Part shown: in pieces, positions 6,403-17,035 of the stretch | How positions within the stretch are numbered: the stretch's first letter is position 1 | Layout of the letters: the number at the start of each line of letters is the position of its first letter | From: a virus | Length of the DNA: 64,000 bases | IMG/VR virus record: IMGVR_UViG_3300028025_003904 | Coordinates: 32,001-96,000 of that record | Strand: one strand, 5' to 3' | Program-made: the position numbers and the translations under genes | The notes under the pieces: model-generated | What the model was told of the DNA's origin: nothing | The model's input: only the letters and a program-made list of their open reading frames with translations | The model's database searches: none

Positions 6403-6783
6403 TTAAAGTCCTACATTTTCCCAATTCGAATTGATGAACCCAGCATCCCTACCAACGGCAACTGCCATAGCACGTGCGTTTTCGGGCTCACCCTTTGAAT
6501 TGTTGTTGATTAAAATTCTTTCTTCTCGTCCGATACCCATTACGATTTGGTGATAACGGATACCTGCGTTTTCCATTTGTTGTTTAGTAATCAGTTCCAA
6601 ATGCCAAGGCCTAGCGGTTGTTAATACAATGTGATGACCGGCTTCATACCACTCATTCATTTTCTCTTTCACACCTGGCAACACATTTACTACGTTAGGG
6701 TCTAAATCTTCAAAACGAACTTGCTCAATCAAAGTACCGTCTATATCACTAAAAATCGTTTTGTAATTTTGTTCTCTTTTCAT
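6403..6783 (-). CDS. HAD-superfamily phosphatase
   Basis: DIDGT motif I; LTTAR motif II. Confidence 0.8.
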   Translation of the reverse strand: MKREQNYKTIFSDIDGTLIEQVRFEDLDPNVVNVLPGVKEKMNEWYEAGHHIVLTTARPWHLELITKQQMENAGIRYHQIVMGIGREERILINNNSKGEPENARAMAVAVGRDAGFINSNWENVGL

Positions 6784-6862
6784 ATCTTTTTAATGTTTAA
6801 CTCTCACTACTCTATAAAGGTAAGTAAAAAAATCTACATTTCCTAATTTTATTTCATTTATT

Positions 6863-7183
6863 TTATAAATAAGCAACTCCATAAACACCATATTTGGCAG
6901 TTCCATCAATGATGTTTCCTCTACTATGTTTGGCGGCAGAGTCACGAGAAGCGGCTTTCATTAAATCACCTTTCTTAATTGGTACTCCTTTGTAATCACC
7001 ATTATAACGGGAGATAAATCCCCACACACTTCCGTTGCTAATTAGTTTAATAAACTTACTACCAACACGCATTTCTATTGGTTTGGGTGTTAGGTTTGAT
7101 AAGTGAGTTGCGTAGTAATCAGCAATTTCTAAATTAACTTTGTCAATAAATGCATTAACGATTGGGTTATTGTAGTTTTTCAT
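6863..7183 (-). CDS. Hypothetical early phage protein
   Basis: GDLMKAAS...AKHSRGNI motif seen in small phage proteins; upstream promoter-like repeat shared with 6811. Confidence 0.7.
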   Translation of the reverse strand: MKNYNNPIVNAFIDKVNLEIADYYATHLSNLTPKPIEMRVGSKFIKLISNGSVWGFISRYNGDYKGVPIKKGDLMKAASRDSAAKHSRGNIIDGTAKYGVYGVAYL

Positions 7184-7368
7184 ATCTTTGTTGTTTTATG
7201 TTTATCTCTTATTACTCTATAAAGGTAAGTAAAAGTTTTCACATTTCCTAGTCTTTCCTAAAAAACTTTTCATAAATTTCCAAAATAATATATTCAGCTA
7301 AACACACTACTGAAAATACCATAATGATTGAAACCATCCAAATATCTTTTGCTATTCTATACATATTA

Positions 7369-7749
7369 TTATGTTCTAAAGTGTGCTCCGTTTGATGACC
7401 ATCCTTTGGAGTGATTACTATATGTTGGACGAGGGGTGTATGCGAATGAACCCGCTGCCATTCGAGAGGTATTACCAATCGCATCCCAATCTGATTCCCA
7501 TTTATTATCCGATAATAAAATACCATCTTTAATGATGATGGCGTGTTTACCAGTATTACCAAAAGATGGACCAACACTTTGTATGTTCTTTCTATCCAGC
7601 TTCCAAAAGGTATTTTTACGATTTACTCTATCAACCTCAATAAACAAAATTGAACGTGCTTTTACTTTACACACCTTAATGTCTTTAGAATCAGATTTAC
7701 CATTTTTGGAAACCATCACTTCGACAATTTGACCATTTAAATATTCCAT
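7369..7749 (-). CDS. Hypothetical protein
   Basis: 126-aa ORF on the coding strand with an upstream promoter-like element (~7770-7805). Confidence 0.65.
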   Translation of the reverse strand: MEYLNGQIVEVMVSKNGKSDSKDIKVCKVKARSILFIEVDRVNRKNTFWKLDRKNIQSVGPSFGNTGKHAIIIKDGILLSDNKWESDWDAIGNTSRMAAGSFAYTPRPTYSNHSKGWSSNGAHFRT

Positions 7750-7815
7750 ATCTTTATCGTTTTGTTATATAGTAAAGATAAGTAAAATAAATTAAAAAGT
7801 CAAGTCTTTTCTAAA

Positions 7816-8523
7816 TTATTTTTTAGGTTTTTTTATTGCGGCAAATGCGGTTTTGTATGCAGGTGATGTTTTATCGTAACCCAATGCAGTTTTAACTTTG
7901 ATATTTCTACCCGTTTCTGGATTCTTTATTCGTTTATCCAATGCACCTACGGGTATCATAGATGATAATTTTTTAATATTGGCTTGTTGTTTTTCTGCAC
8001 CGGCTTTTGTTCCACTTTGTGCTTTTTTTCCAGTCTTAAACATCATCGTTTTTTCTTTATCTCTAAAATTAGAGTACGCTTGACCTATTTGATTTGGGTG
8101 AAACTTACCTATGTTTTCCTCACCACCTTCTCTAAAAATTAAATGTGCATTTCCTTTTGTATCCTTACCACCATATATAACAGAATCTTGGTTATACTTT
8201 TTTACAATATGTTCCATAAATTCTTTTGGTGCACCTGGTATAAACAAAGTTTCTTCTACTGCGTCTACCAATTTATCAGATGGGCACTTTGCATATGGTA
8301 TGGCTGAATCTTGACACTCTCTCCAATGTCCACTTACTTTAAAAAACCCTAAACCCCGTTTTCTGCAATCCGCTTCTAATTGTTTATTTAATTTTTTATT
8401 TTCAGCAGGTGTATTGGCGTAACGATATGCACTTGCCATTCCCCAACTAGGAACTTTTTTATCTACCACGTGTTGATATGCTCGTGCTAATGATGCTTCG
8501 TCTAATTTATGAAATTTTTCCAT
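7816..8523 (-). CDS. Conserved hypothetical phage protein, possibly head-packaged
   Basis: 235 aa; N-terminal LDEA; late-type motif upstream; C-terminal IKNPETGRNIKVKTAL. Confidence 0.7.
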   Translation of the reverse strand: MEKFHKLDEASLARAYQHVVDKKVPSWGMASAYRYANTPAENKKLNKQLEADCRKRGLGFFKVSGHWRECQDSAIPYAKCPSDKLVDAVEETLFIPGAPKEFMEHIVKKYNQDSVIYGGKDTKGNAHLIFREGGEENIGKFHPNQIGQAYSNFRDKEKTMMFKTGKKAQSGTKAGAEKQQANIKKLSSMIPVGALDKRIKNPETGRNIKVKTALGYDKTSPAYKTAFAAIKKPKK

Positions 8524-8562
8524 TCTATATTATTATACTAATAAATATAATAAATTATTATT

Positions 8563-9687
8563 TTACCTACCAAAACCGATTTTACCCTTTTGGATTTCTG
8601 TTTTGAATTGTTCTGTGTTGATGTTGTAGATGTCAGCTAATGTCATTCCTTCCGTTACTACATTGTCCATACCCAAATGTTTAATAAGAATATTAGTATC
8701 ATCTACATTTAGTTTATCAAACTTATGTTCCGCAATCAATCTACCTTTTCTTAATAGAGCAGAATCAATCTTCTCCTTATCCATATTGAATGTTGCAATG
8801 ATACTGATATTTAGAATATCACCCAATATACCATCGGTTAAATTTAGAATGTTAGATACACCAGTAGATGAGTGTGAATTATTCCTATCGCCAATAATCT
8901 TTTCAGCATCCTCAATCACCAAAATACAATCTTTGTTGTCCATTAAGAATGGAACAAAATCAGGATTCACAATACTCTCTGCCAAAATTGGTGGTAAGAA
9001 TAATACCTTTCTCTTCATATGGTTTGCCAACCATTTGATGTATGTGGTTTTACCCGTACCTGGTAGACCATGTAATAAAACTAATCTACCTCTTTGTTCC
9101 TTTTTAGATGTAAGTGCAGTTACAATTGAATCGTTTATCTTAACAAAATCCTTACCATAGTTTAATTCCAAATCAATCTTTGGTTTTGGTAGTTTGAACT
9201 CTTCTGTTTCAAATCCGTATGATGTTGCTTTCAATAAATGTATCTTACCTTCTTTGCTTTGTTTAGATAATTTTGTAACACTATCTAATATAGTATTCTT
9301 TAATACATCTTTTGCACAAGTATATGCAAATGATAATCTGTATTGGTTCTTCTTTATTGATTTTGACTCTGGTTCTATATAATCAGGCTCATCAAAGTAA
9401 TCTCCATCAATCTCTGATACATTTATTAAAATTAAATCCATACCATCAATCCTCTTTTCGTAAGTTGAATTACGTTTTGATTCTTTTGGTGATATAAAAT
9501 ACTCCGATTGTTGGATTTGATTAAATCCAGCAGTTTCTATTAAAGATAAAACCTTCTTATCAAACTTTATATCATTTGAAAACTTTGTACTATTATACAA
9601 TTTACCAGTCTTTAAGGCAATGTATTTGCCCATAGAAAAGTCATCACCATGTCCGGATGTATATAGTTTCTCTAATTCAGTATTCAT
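8563..9687 (-). CDS. AAA+ ATPase
   Basis: GLPGTGKT Walker A, LVIEDAE Walker B, DSALLRKGR arginine finger. Confidence 0.9.
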   Translation of the reverse strand: MNTELEKLYTSGHGDDFSMGKYIALKTGKLYNSTKFSNDIKFDKKVLSLIETAGFNQIQQSEYFISPKESKRNSTYEKRIDGMDLILINVSEIDGDYFDEPDYIEPESKSIKKNQYRLSFAYTCAKDVLKNTILDSVTKLSKQSKEGKIHLLKATSYGFETEEFKLPKPKIDLELNYGKDFVKINDSIVTALTSKKEQRGRLVLLHGLPGTGKTTYIKWLANHMKRKVLFLPPILAESIVNPDFVPFLMDNKDCILVIEDAEKIIGDRNNSHSSTGVSNILNLTDGILGDILNISIIATFNMDKEKIDSALLRKGRLIAEHKFDKLNVDDTNILIKHLGMDNVVTEGMTLADIYNINTEQFKTEIQKGKIGFGR

Positions 9688-9690
9688 ATA

Positions 9691-10923
9691 TTATAGTTTT
9701 CTCCACACCCAAACTGGTTCGCAGAATGTTTTACCAATATTTTCTTTTGCCTTTTCTATTTCTTCTTCTGTGAATCTAGCTTCATCACCTTCAATCATTG
9801 CACCTGCACCGATACTACCTGGTCTTTTAGCCATTTCCATGCCTAAACATCCTTGATACTCTGCACCTGGCAACGTACCAATAAAATCATTCATAGGGTT
9901 TGTAATCTCCTGATACCCTTTACCATCTCCTTTTGATGCTGCATACACATCGGCAATATTTACTGCTAAATATCCACCCTTACGGATTGACGGCCATAGG
10001 TTGTTGATTACTTTATGTAGGAAAGATTCATTCCAAGCATCTATGTTTTTATATCTTACCCAACTCTGTGTATCATCATACGAATATCTTTCTACATTAA
10101 AGTATGGTGGCGATGTAAATACAATATCAAAGTAATCAGGGTATTGTGTGAAATCAAAATCTTCAGCTGGTGATTCGTGGAATGTTGCTTTCTTTTCTGT
10201 TTCAAAGAAACCATTATTCTTTTTATAGAACTCTGCCTGTTGTTGATAGATTGGATGGTTTTCTTTACGCGGGTCAATACCTACATAATGTTCTCCCTTT
10301 TCACTTGCAAAGAACCCACATACTCTATCGCCCCAACCCGCTGAAAAATCTAATACATTCTTTGCTCCCACAAAATCGTATAATGCTTTGGCAACATTAG
10401 GTTTGAATTGAGAACAGATATACTTTCTTAAACTCAAACATACTCTCAATGAGTTTCTATTTACCTCATCAAACTTTAAAGTATATAATCCACCCATAAG
10501 TGAATACATAAACTCTTTTGATTCCCAAGTTCTTTTGGGTCCAGGTGATACTGTACCGTCTACACTCCAACGATTTGCTTGTTGGAAATAGTTAGATGCT
10601 GCGTTCCCCGTATTCAATCTACGGAAGTATAAATTCTTTCCGTTATAAGTTAGTGGGTAGCGAGATTCGCTTGCCTTACGTGGAAACCATTCACCTTCTA
10701 CCATAAGGTTTTGATGACGAATGCCTTTTGTTGCTAGATATTCACTCCGTGCTTCTTTCTCTGTGATTTCAGCGTATGGGATTGGATACTCCATTAGGAT
10801 TTGAGATAAAGTTTCTTTTACATCTTCTTTATCAAATGTATTCTTAATGTACGTCCATTCTTCTTTTGGAATGTGTAGATAAGGATTCATACCCTTATAC
10901 TTGTCAAAATAATCTATATACAT
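9691..10923 (-). CDS. SAM-dependent DNA amino-methyltransferase-like protein (N4C/N6A)
   Basis: VLDFSAGWGDR SAM-binding motif followed by FTSPPYF catalytic motif. Confidence 0.8.
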   Translation of the reverse strand: MYIDYFDKYKGMNPYLHIPKEEWTYIKNTFDKEDVKETLSQILMEYPIPYAEITEKEARSEYLATKGIRHQNLMVEGEWFPRKASESRYPLTYNGKNLYFRRLNTGNAASNYFQQANRWSVDGTVSPGPKRTWESKEFMYSLMGGLYTLKFDEVNRNSLRVCLSLRKYICSQFKPNVAKALYDFVGAKNVLDFSAGWGDRVCGFFASEKGEHYVGIDPRKENHPIYQQQAEFYKKNNGFFETEKKATFHESPAEDFDFTQYPDYFDIVFTSPPYFNVERYSYDDTQSWVRYKNIDAWNESFLHKVINNLWPSIRKGGYLAVNIADVYAASKGDGKGYQEITNPMNDFIGTLPGAEYQGCLGMEMAKRPGSIGAGAMIEGDEARFTEEEIEKAKENIGKTFCEPVWVWRKL

Positions 10924-10933
10924 AACTTTTTAT

Positions 10934-11701
10934 TTAAGCACCTACATTCCAAAACAATGCTCCAGGTGATGCCATTTCTTTAATATGTTTCCAAGCTTTA
11001 CTATCGTATGTTAATGATGATGGGAATGGTGGCCTTTCTTCTATTGGACAATCTTTATGGAATGGCATTCTTTTTGGTATTGTTATAGCTCTACCCATTT
11101 CCGCATTAGTAGTACCATGTCCAATTTGAACCCCATAAACCTTTGCATCAGGCCAAGCCATCTGTAATCCTCTACTTAAAACACCACTACTCATTACACT
11201 CCACACTTCCGTTGGTTGTATTGGTAATTCTTTAGCAAAATTGGATATTGTCTGAACTATGATTGGGTGGTCTAAACCAAATGGAATACACATAGTTTTA
11301 TCCCAACCCAACCCTTGTCTATCTTTTGCTCTTTTATTTATAACCGTCAACATACCCATAGGTACTTGGTTGATTTCAGCACCAGCTTCCTCTGCTTCTT
11401 TTGTTAAGTCAGTTTTTTCATCACTATCTGGAATATAGATAATTGCTTTCTTTCCTAAATCCTTACACACATATGCCAATGCAAGTTGAGCATATCCTTG
11501 TCTTGGTGAAGCATATACCCAATTATCTATTTCCGGATACCTTAAAACAAAATTATAAGCTGCTCTTCGTTTTGTTCCACCAGGTAAAAAATCTTCTCTA
11601 ACTACATTTATACCTTCTATGTTTTCTATAACGATAGGAGGCAAGTTGATTTGAGTATCTAATTGTTTGTAATCAAAATCAAAAAAATCAAATTGCTTCA
11701 T
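10934..11701 (-). CDS. PLP-dependent enzyme (fold type II; ACC deaminase/D-cysteine desulfhydrase-like)
   Basis: VVREDFLPGGTKRR Schiff-base lysine motif; SVMSSGVLSRGL phosphate loop; LFWNVG C-terminus. Confidence 0.8.
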   Translation of the reverse strand: MKQFDFFDFDYKQLDTQINLPPIVIENIEGINVVREDFLPGGTKRRAAYNFVLRYPEIDNWVYASPRQGYAQLALAYVCKDLGKKAIIYIPDSDEKTDLTKEAEEAGAEINQVPMGMLTVINKRAKDRQGLGWDKTMCIPFGLDHPIIVQTISNFAKELPIQPTEVWSVMSSGVLSRGLQMAWPDAKVYGVQIGHGTTNAEMGRAITIPKRMPFHKDCPIEERPPFPSSLTYDSKAWKHIKEMASPGALFWNVGA

Positions 11702-11745
11702 AGATACAAAGATACTAAAACTTTTTTATATAACCTAATTTTTTA

Positions 11746-12006
11746 CTATAAACTTTCGTTAATAGCATTTACATATGCAACCTTTGAAGATACACCAGCG
11801 AATCTTTGTACTTCCTTACCATCTTTTTCAATAATTACAGTAGGAACTGAACGGATATTATATTTAGTTGCTAATTCAAATGCTTCATCTACATCATATT
11901 CTTCAAACTTAACACCACTAACGGATTGTTTAACTTCTTCAAAAATTGGTTTTAGAGTTTTGCATGGTCCACACCAGCTAGCTGAAAATTTCTTTACACT
12001 AATCAT
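11746..12006 (-). CDS. trxA: Thioredoxin
   Basis: WCGPC active site; SVPT cis-Pro. Confidence 0.93.
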   Translation of the reverse strand: MISVKKFSASWCGPCKTLKPIFEEVKQSVSGVKFEEYDVDEAFELATKYNIRSVPTVIIEKDGKEVQRFAGVSSKVAYVNAINESL

Positions 12007-12008
12007 TT

Positions 12009-12737
12009 TTATCTTCCTTCTTTATTTTGTTTTTCTTTAAATTCATCATATGCATCCAATAATGCATCTACTACTGGATGTCTGTGATTTGTTAATAGAG
12101 TTTGTGAATCCATATCTTTAATCTTCTTTGCTGCGGTTACTAAAAACTTAAATCCACTTTCTCCTTTATATTTTAAATCTACTTGTTGTGAATCACCACA
12201 AACAACCATCTTACTTCTTAAACCCAAACGAGATGTAATCATTTCCATCTGGTCGTTTGTGCAATTCTGTGCTTCATCTACAATAATAAAACTATCCAAA
12301 AATGTTCTACCTCTCATAAATGCCAAAGGTACAATTTCTACTTGTCCATTTTGTAATATTTTATCAATTTTTTCTTTATTATATAATTGATAAAAGTTTG
12401 AATAAACGGGTTGCATCCAGGGTTCCATCTTTTCTCTCAAATCACCTGGTAAAAAACCAATCTCTTCTTTACTTACGGTAGGACGAGTGATAATTATTTT
12501 AGTTACAGTTTTCTTAAATAACATATCCAATGCTACTTGGCAAGCAAGTAGTGTTTTACCACTACCTGCTTTACCACTTAATATTGTAATTGCGTTGTTT
12601 AGGATTTTCTCCTTTGCTTCTTTTTGTTCATCGTTTAATTGAACCTGAAATTTAATTGGTCCTTTCGGCTTCTCAATAATTTCTTCTTTTATCTTTTCGG
12701 TCAATTCTTTGTTTTTATTTGATACATTCTCACCCAT
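12009..12737 (-). CDS. phoH: PhoH-family ATPase (start likely 12737)
   Basis: GKAGSGKT, IGFLPG, FMRGRTF, DEAQN and GDSQQVD motifs. Confidence 0.93.
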   Translation of the reverse strand: MGENVSNKNKELTEKIKEEIIEKPKGPIKFQVQLNDEQKEAKEKILNNAITILSGKAGSGKTLLACQVALDMLFKKTVTKIIITRPTVSKEEIGFLPGDLREKMEPWMQPVYSNFYQLYNKEKIDKILQNGQVEIVPLAFMRGRTFLDSFIIVDEAQNCTNDQMEMITSRLGLRSKMVVCGDSQQVDLKYKGESGFKFLVTAAKKIKDMDSQTLLTNHRHPVVDALLDAYDEFKEKQNKEGR

Positions 12738-12753
12738 AACACTATTGTTTATT

Positions 12754-14535
12754 TTATCCTTCACACGAAACACAATCAGGGTCCATTGCTCTTGCCGCAA
12801 TATCTCCTCTCAATACACTTTCAGTTCTCATATAGTATAAAGTTTTTACACCTTCTTTCCATGCTTCCATAGTTACCTGATTAATCCACTTTGGTTCTGC
12901 GGTTGCAGGAAATGCTAAATTAAGAGAAACTGCTTGGTCTATATATTGTTGTCTAACACCAGCTTGCTTTACTAAATCTAATTGGTTTATTTCTTTAAAT
13001 GTTTTGAATACATCTTTAACCGAACTACATTTGTGCATATGGTCTTCCGCAGTTACTTCGGTACATTGAACTAACTTACCTTCAAAGAAACACCACTCAT
13101 CCAAGAAATCTAAATCTTGTACCGAGCCGCCATCTGCAAGGATTTTATCCCATACCTCTTTGGTGTTTTTGGTCATCTTTCTTAACACTCTTTCTAACTC
13201 TGGGTTCTTACGAATGAATGTTCCTTTTGATGTTTGCTCTGTAAATACATTTGCTGCCCAAGGTTCAATACCACTACTTACATTACCACTCAATTTAGAG
13301 TTTGATACTGTTGGTGCTACTGCTCTCAAATGTGTATTACGGAAACCAGTATCTCTACACCACAATGGTTCTCCATACTCTGCTCCCATATCTCTACTCG
13401 CTCTTTCACTTTCTATTTTCATTTGAGAGAAAATCTTACGAGTTTCGAATTGTGCTGGCAAACCTTCAAATGGAATACCCTTTTGTTGTAAGTATGTATG
13501 CCATCCTAAAACACCCAACCCCAATGCTCTTCCTTTTACTGCTGAACGAACTGAATTATCAAATCCAACTAAACCTTTAGCTCTTTGTATAAACTCTTCT
13601 AATACACCATCTAAAAACATTGTAGCAGTATATACTAAATCAGTATCTTTCCACTCATCGTATTTAGCAAGATTAAGAGATGATAAACAACATACAAATG
13701 AATGTGATTCATCAGTATGTAATACAATCTCACTACAAATGTTTGTCATATACACCTTCAAACCATTCTTTTTATATGCTTCTGGGTTTTGTTTGTTTAC
13801 ATTACCCTTATACATAATGTATGGTTCACCAGTTGCTTTTCTTTTTTGTAATAACTTACCCCATTTTCTACGAGCTTCGGTTTCGCCATCCTGCAACTTA
13901 CGCATAAACTTATCACCCACTACTGCACATTGGTGCATATTTAGTGATTGTCTATTAACATCTCCTTTTGGTTCTCTAATCTCCAACCAATCCTCAAAAT
14001 CTTTATGTTCGATGTTCATATTTACAGATGCCGCACCTCTACGAACTGAACCTTGATTTGTAGCAAGTATAGTTGAATCATAAATCTTACAGAATGGAAC
14101 TACACCATCCGATGTACCATTACCAGTAATCTTTGCACCAGCTGGTCTGATTTGGTTTATACCAATACCAACACCACCACCATGCTTTGCTAACAACATT
14201 AATTCTAAATTCTTTGAACCAATCTCATAGATACTATCACCTACATCAATACCAAAACAAGAGATTGGTAATCCCCTATCTGTACCTGTGTTAGATAATA
14301 CAGGTGTTGCTAAACATAACCACCCTTTCCAAATGTAATCAAAAAACTTTGTAGCTAATTGAGGTTTACCCAATCGTTGTGCTACCTTTGTAGATACACG
14401 CCAATACGCATCCTTTGGTTTCTCACCATCTTGTAAGTAACCTTTTGATATAGTCTTTACATATATCTCATTATTTCCCCATTGTGGGAAGTCTACATCA
14501 ACTTCCCAACCAAATTCTTCTCCGTAATTTCTCAT
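12754..14535 (-). CDS. nrdA: Ribonucleotide reductase class I alpha subunit
   Basis: ATPVLSN, ISCF, TNICSEI, VCCLSS, APTVS and KTLYY motifs; C-terminal CVSCEG. Confidence 0.96.
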   Translation of the reverse strand: MRNYGEEFGWEVDVDFPQWGNNEIYVKTISKGYLQDGEKPKDAYWRVSTKVAQRLGKPQLATKFFDYIWKGWLCLATPVLSNTGTDRGLPISCFGIDVGDSIYEIGSKNLELMLLAKHGGGVGIGINQIRPAGAKITGNGTSDGVVPFCKIYDSTILATNQGSVRRGAASVNMNIEHKDFEDWLEIREPKGDVNRQSLNMHQCAVVGDKFMRKLQDGETEARRKWGKLLQKRKATGEPYIMYKGNVNKQNPEAYKKNGLKVYMTNICSEIVLHTDESHSFVCCLSSLNLAKYDEWKDTDLVYTATMFLDGVLEEFIQRAKGLVGFDNSVRSAVKGRALGLGVLGWHTYLQQKGIPFEGLPAQFETRKIFSQMKIESERASRDMGAEYGEPLWCRDTGFRNTHLRAVAPTVSNSKLSGNVSSGIEPWAANVFTEQTSKGTFIRKNPELERVLRKMTKNTKEVWDKILADGGSVQDLDFLDEWCFFEGKLVQCTEVTAEDHMHKCSSVKDVFKTFKEINQLDLVKQAGVRQQYIDQAVSLNLAFPATAEPKWINQVTMEAWKEGVKTLYYMRTESVLRGDIAARAMDPDCVSCEG

Positions 14536-14542
14536 AATTTAA

Positions 14543-15556
14543 TTAAAATATATCTCCCCAATCTTCGCCTTCACCTGCTTTTGAATAATCCGTTGGTCTC
14601 ATTGCAAAAAAATCAGTATGTGTTACTCCACCTGTAAGATGGTAGAACCAATCTAATTCACTTGCTTTCTTTTCATTGTATTGAAAATAATCATCTCCAC
14701 CCACGAATGGATTGTAACCTAATTCTCCTAACTTTTCATTGATTCGTTTTGTAATGAAGTGTTTTAAATCATCTTTTTTAAGATTTTCTAAATCACCTCT
14801 TTCAAATATCTTATCAATATACTTATGTTCCAAACCTTGCATTATATGTGCTGCTTCGTATATAGAAGATTTTGCTTCTTCTAACAATTCTGGGAACTCA
14901 TCACACATATGTCTGAATAATTGACAACCCATCTTTGAGTGTAGGGATTCATCTCTAACACTCCACTTCATTTGTTGTCCAATTCCTTTTAATAAGTTTC
15001 TCATTTGGAATGAATACAATACAGCGAATGATGAATACAATGCTACACCTTCCGCAAATGCTGAAAAGATTGCTAATGAACGTGCTACCTCCTTTCTTGC
15101 AATTGGGTTTGTTCTTATATCTTCTGGTGTCCAATCTGCCGTAGTTTGTGTTAGCATCTCAAATCTTGCTCTCATTGCATCATCGTGTAAGAATCCTTCA
15201 AAGTCATCTAACCCCAATGTTTCATTTAAGTAAGAATATGCTACTGCGTGGATTGTTTCTTGTGAACCAAACAACATAGCCATTTGTCTTATTTCATGCT
15301 TTGGAAACCATTTAGTAACCATTCCTGTCCAATAATCGGAAACTGCACATTCTGTTTGAGCAAAGCCCAAAAGAATGTTTCCAACTAAATTCTTTTCAGC
15401 AGGTGTAAGATTTTCGTTCCAATCTTTAACATCACCTTGCATCGGTATTTCCGTATGTAACCAAAACGCTTGAGCTTGTAGTAACCAACCTTCCGTATAA
15501 TAAACAGGGTATTCAAATGGTTTATATGCTACCCTTTCTGTAAATAATTTGCTCAT
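14543..15556 (-). CDS. nrdB: Ribonucleotide reductase class I beta subunit
   Basis: ETIHAVAY, EGVALYSSF, RDESLH and DFF motifs. Confidence 0.96.
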   Translation of the reverse strand: MSKLFTERVAYKPFEYPVYYTEGWLLQAQAFWLHTEIPMQGDVKDWNENLTPAEKNLVGNILLGFAQTECAVSDYWTGMVTKWFPKHEIRQMAMLFGSQETIHAVAYSYLNETLGLDDFEGFLHDDAMRARFEMLTQTTADWTPEDIRTNPIARKEVARSLAIFSAFAEGVALYSSFAVLYSFQMRNLLKGIGQQMKWSVRDESLHSKMGCQLFRHMCDEFPELLEEAKSSIYEAAHIMQGLEHKYIDKIFERGDLENLKKDDLKHFITKRINEKLGELGYNPFVGGDDYFQYNEKKASELDWFYHLTGGVTHTDFFAMRPTDYSKAGEGEDWGDIF

Positions 15557-15667
15557 AGTTTTTTATCCAATTTTAATTTTAGGTATAGATAAGTATTGTA
15601 TATATCCCCTTTTCAACCCAACTTTTCATAGGATTTTTCTATGTAAGTGTGGTAGTATTTTAGGATA

Positions 15668-17035
15668 TTATCCCATATCAGTTGGCATCGTTTCCAAGTA
15701 CTTTTTGTGTAATAATTTCTTTTCAATCTGAACTCCGTTATTACTTTCTTTGGTTGCCATAATACCATTTGATGATTGAGCATCGTATATTTCTATCTCA
15801 CCTTTCATCGTATCCATCTTTGTTGGGAACGTTAAACCATCCGGTCCGAATCGGTTTTTCATTACGTGAACCCTTGCAGTATTTGCCAACTTATCTTTAT
15901 CCTTACGCGATACACTCATAATAAAATCAGCTGTCATTACTTTAGCGTAACTATCTGCAATTGAATCTGCGTGAATTACTTCATCTTCCAATGCACCTCT
16001 ATTGGTTTGTGATGCTGTCCAAATTGGAACACCAATTTCTCCACCCATTCCGCGTAGTTCCTCATACACTCCACCTAACTCTGCATATAAACCATCTCGT
16101 TTATTTACAGGTTTAAGTAAATCGGCATAATCTACTATAATAAGATGTGGAATAAATCCTTGTGCTCTTAATTTATCAATATGGGATTTCATAGTTTTTA
16201 CACTAGCTCCCCTATTTGGATAATTTTTAATCATCAAACGAGCAGAATAACCTTTTAGTTTTCTTTGGATTTCTTCTTTGTTGTTCTTTAATTCTGCTAA
16301 AGGAATACCTGTATAAATTGTATCGTATCTACAACCTACATAGTTTTCACTCAACTCCAAACTATAATGTAATACGTTGAATCCCCTTGCTACCGCATCC
16401 GCACCCAATTTACATAACAACCAAGTCTTACCAATACCTGATGGTGCTACTACAACACCCAACTCACCAGGTCCTAAACCACCATCCATCAACTCATTGA
16501 TTGGTTTCCAACCAGTAGGTACTGAATTTCTCTTTACATCTTCTAAACGATATAGAATATCTAAAAAGTAATCATGTCCTAAATTGTTTTCTAAACCAGC
16601 TCTTAATGCATCCTGAATGATTGTTCCTACCTCATCATACTTACCACTTTGTAATAAGTCTACGGATTGGAAAATTGCAGATTTAAGTTTCTGTCTTTTA
16701 CAGAATTGTAGGTACTCTTGTTTAATAAAATCGGAATCAGGTGAACCAAATAAATCATAGACTTGTTGTAATCTGTCTACAATCATTTTCTTCTGCGCAT
16801 CTGTTTCTATTGCACTCAATTTAACTTTGAATACATCTAATGTAGGTGCAGCATTGCTTGTTTGATTATAGGATACAATTTCACCAACTATCCATCTATC
16901 CGCTTCTAACTCAAAAAAATCTTTTTTGGTTATATCTGAAACTTGATTTAAAAAAGGTTGGGATTCCAATAATGATGCAACTACTTTAGCTTGGTACGAT
17001 TGTCCGAACTTTTGTAGATTATCTATTGCTTCCAT
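15668..17035 (-). CDS. Replicative SF4 helicase (DnaB/gp41-like)
   Basis: APSGIGKT, IVDYAD, WTASQTNR and KNRFG motifs. Confidence 0.93.
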   Translation of the reverse strand: MEAIDNLQKFGQSYQAKVVASLLESQPFLNQVSDITKKDFFELEADRWIVGEIVSYNQTSNAAPTLDVFKVKLSAIETDAQKKMIVDRLQQVYDLFGSPDSDFIKQEYLQFCKRQKLKSAIFQSVDLLQSGKYDEVGTIIQDALRAGLENNLGHDYFLDILYRLEDVKRNSVPTGWKPINELMDGGLGPGELGVVVAPSGIGKTWLLCKLGADAVARGFNVLHYSLELSENYVGCRYDTIYTGIPLAELKNNKEEIQRKLKGYSARLMIKNYPNRGASVKTMKSHIDKLRAQGFIPHLIIVDYADLLKPVNKRDGLYAELGGVYEELRGMGGEIGVPIWTASQTNRGALEDEVIHADSIADSYAKVMTADFIMSVSRKDKDKLANTARVHVMKNRFGPDGLTFPTKMDTMKGEIEIYDAQSSNGIMATKESNNGVQIEKKLLHKKYLETMPTDMG

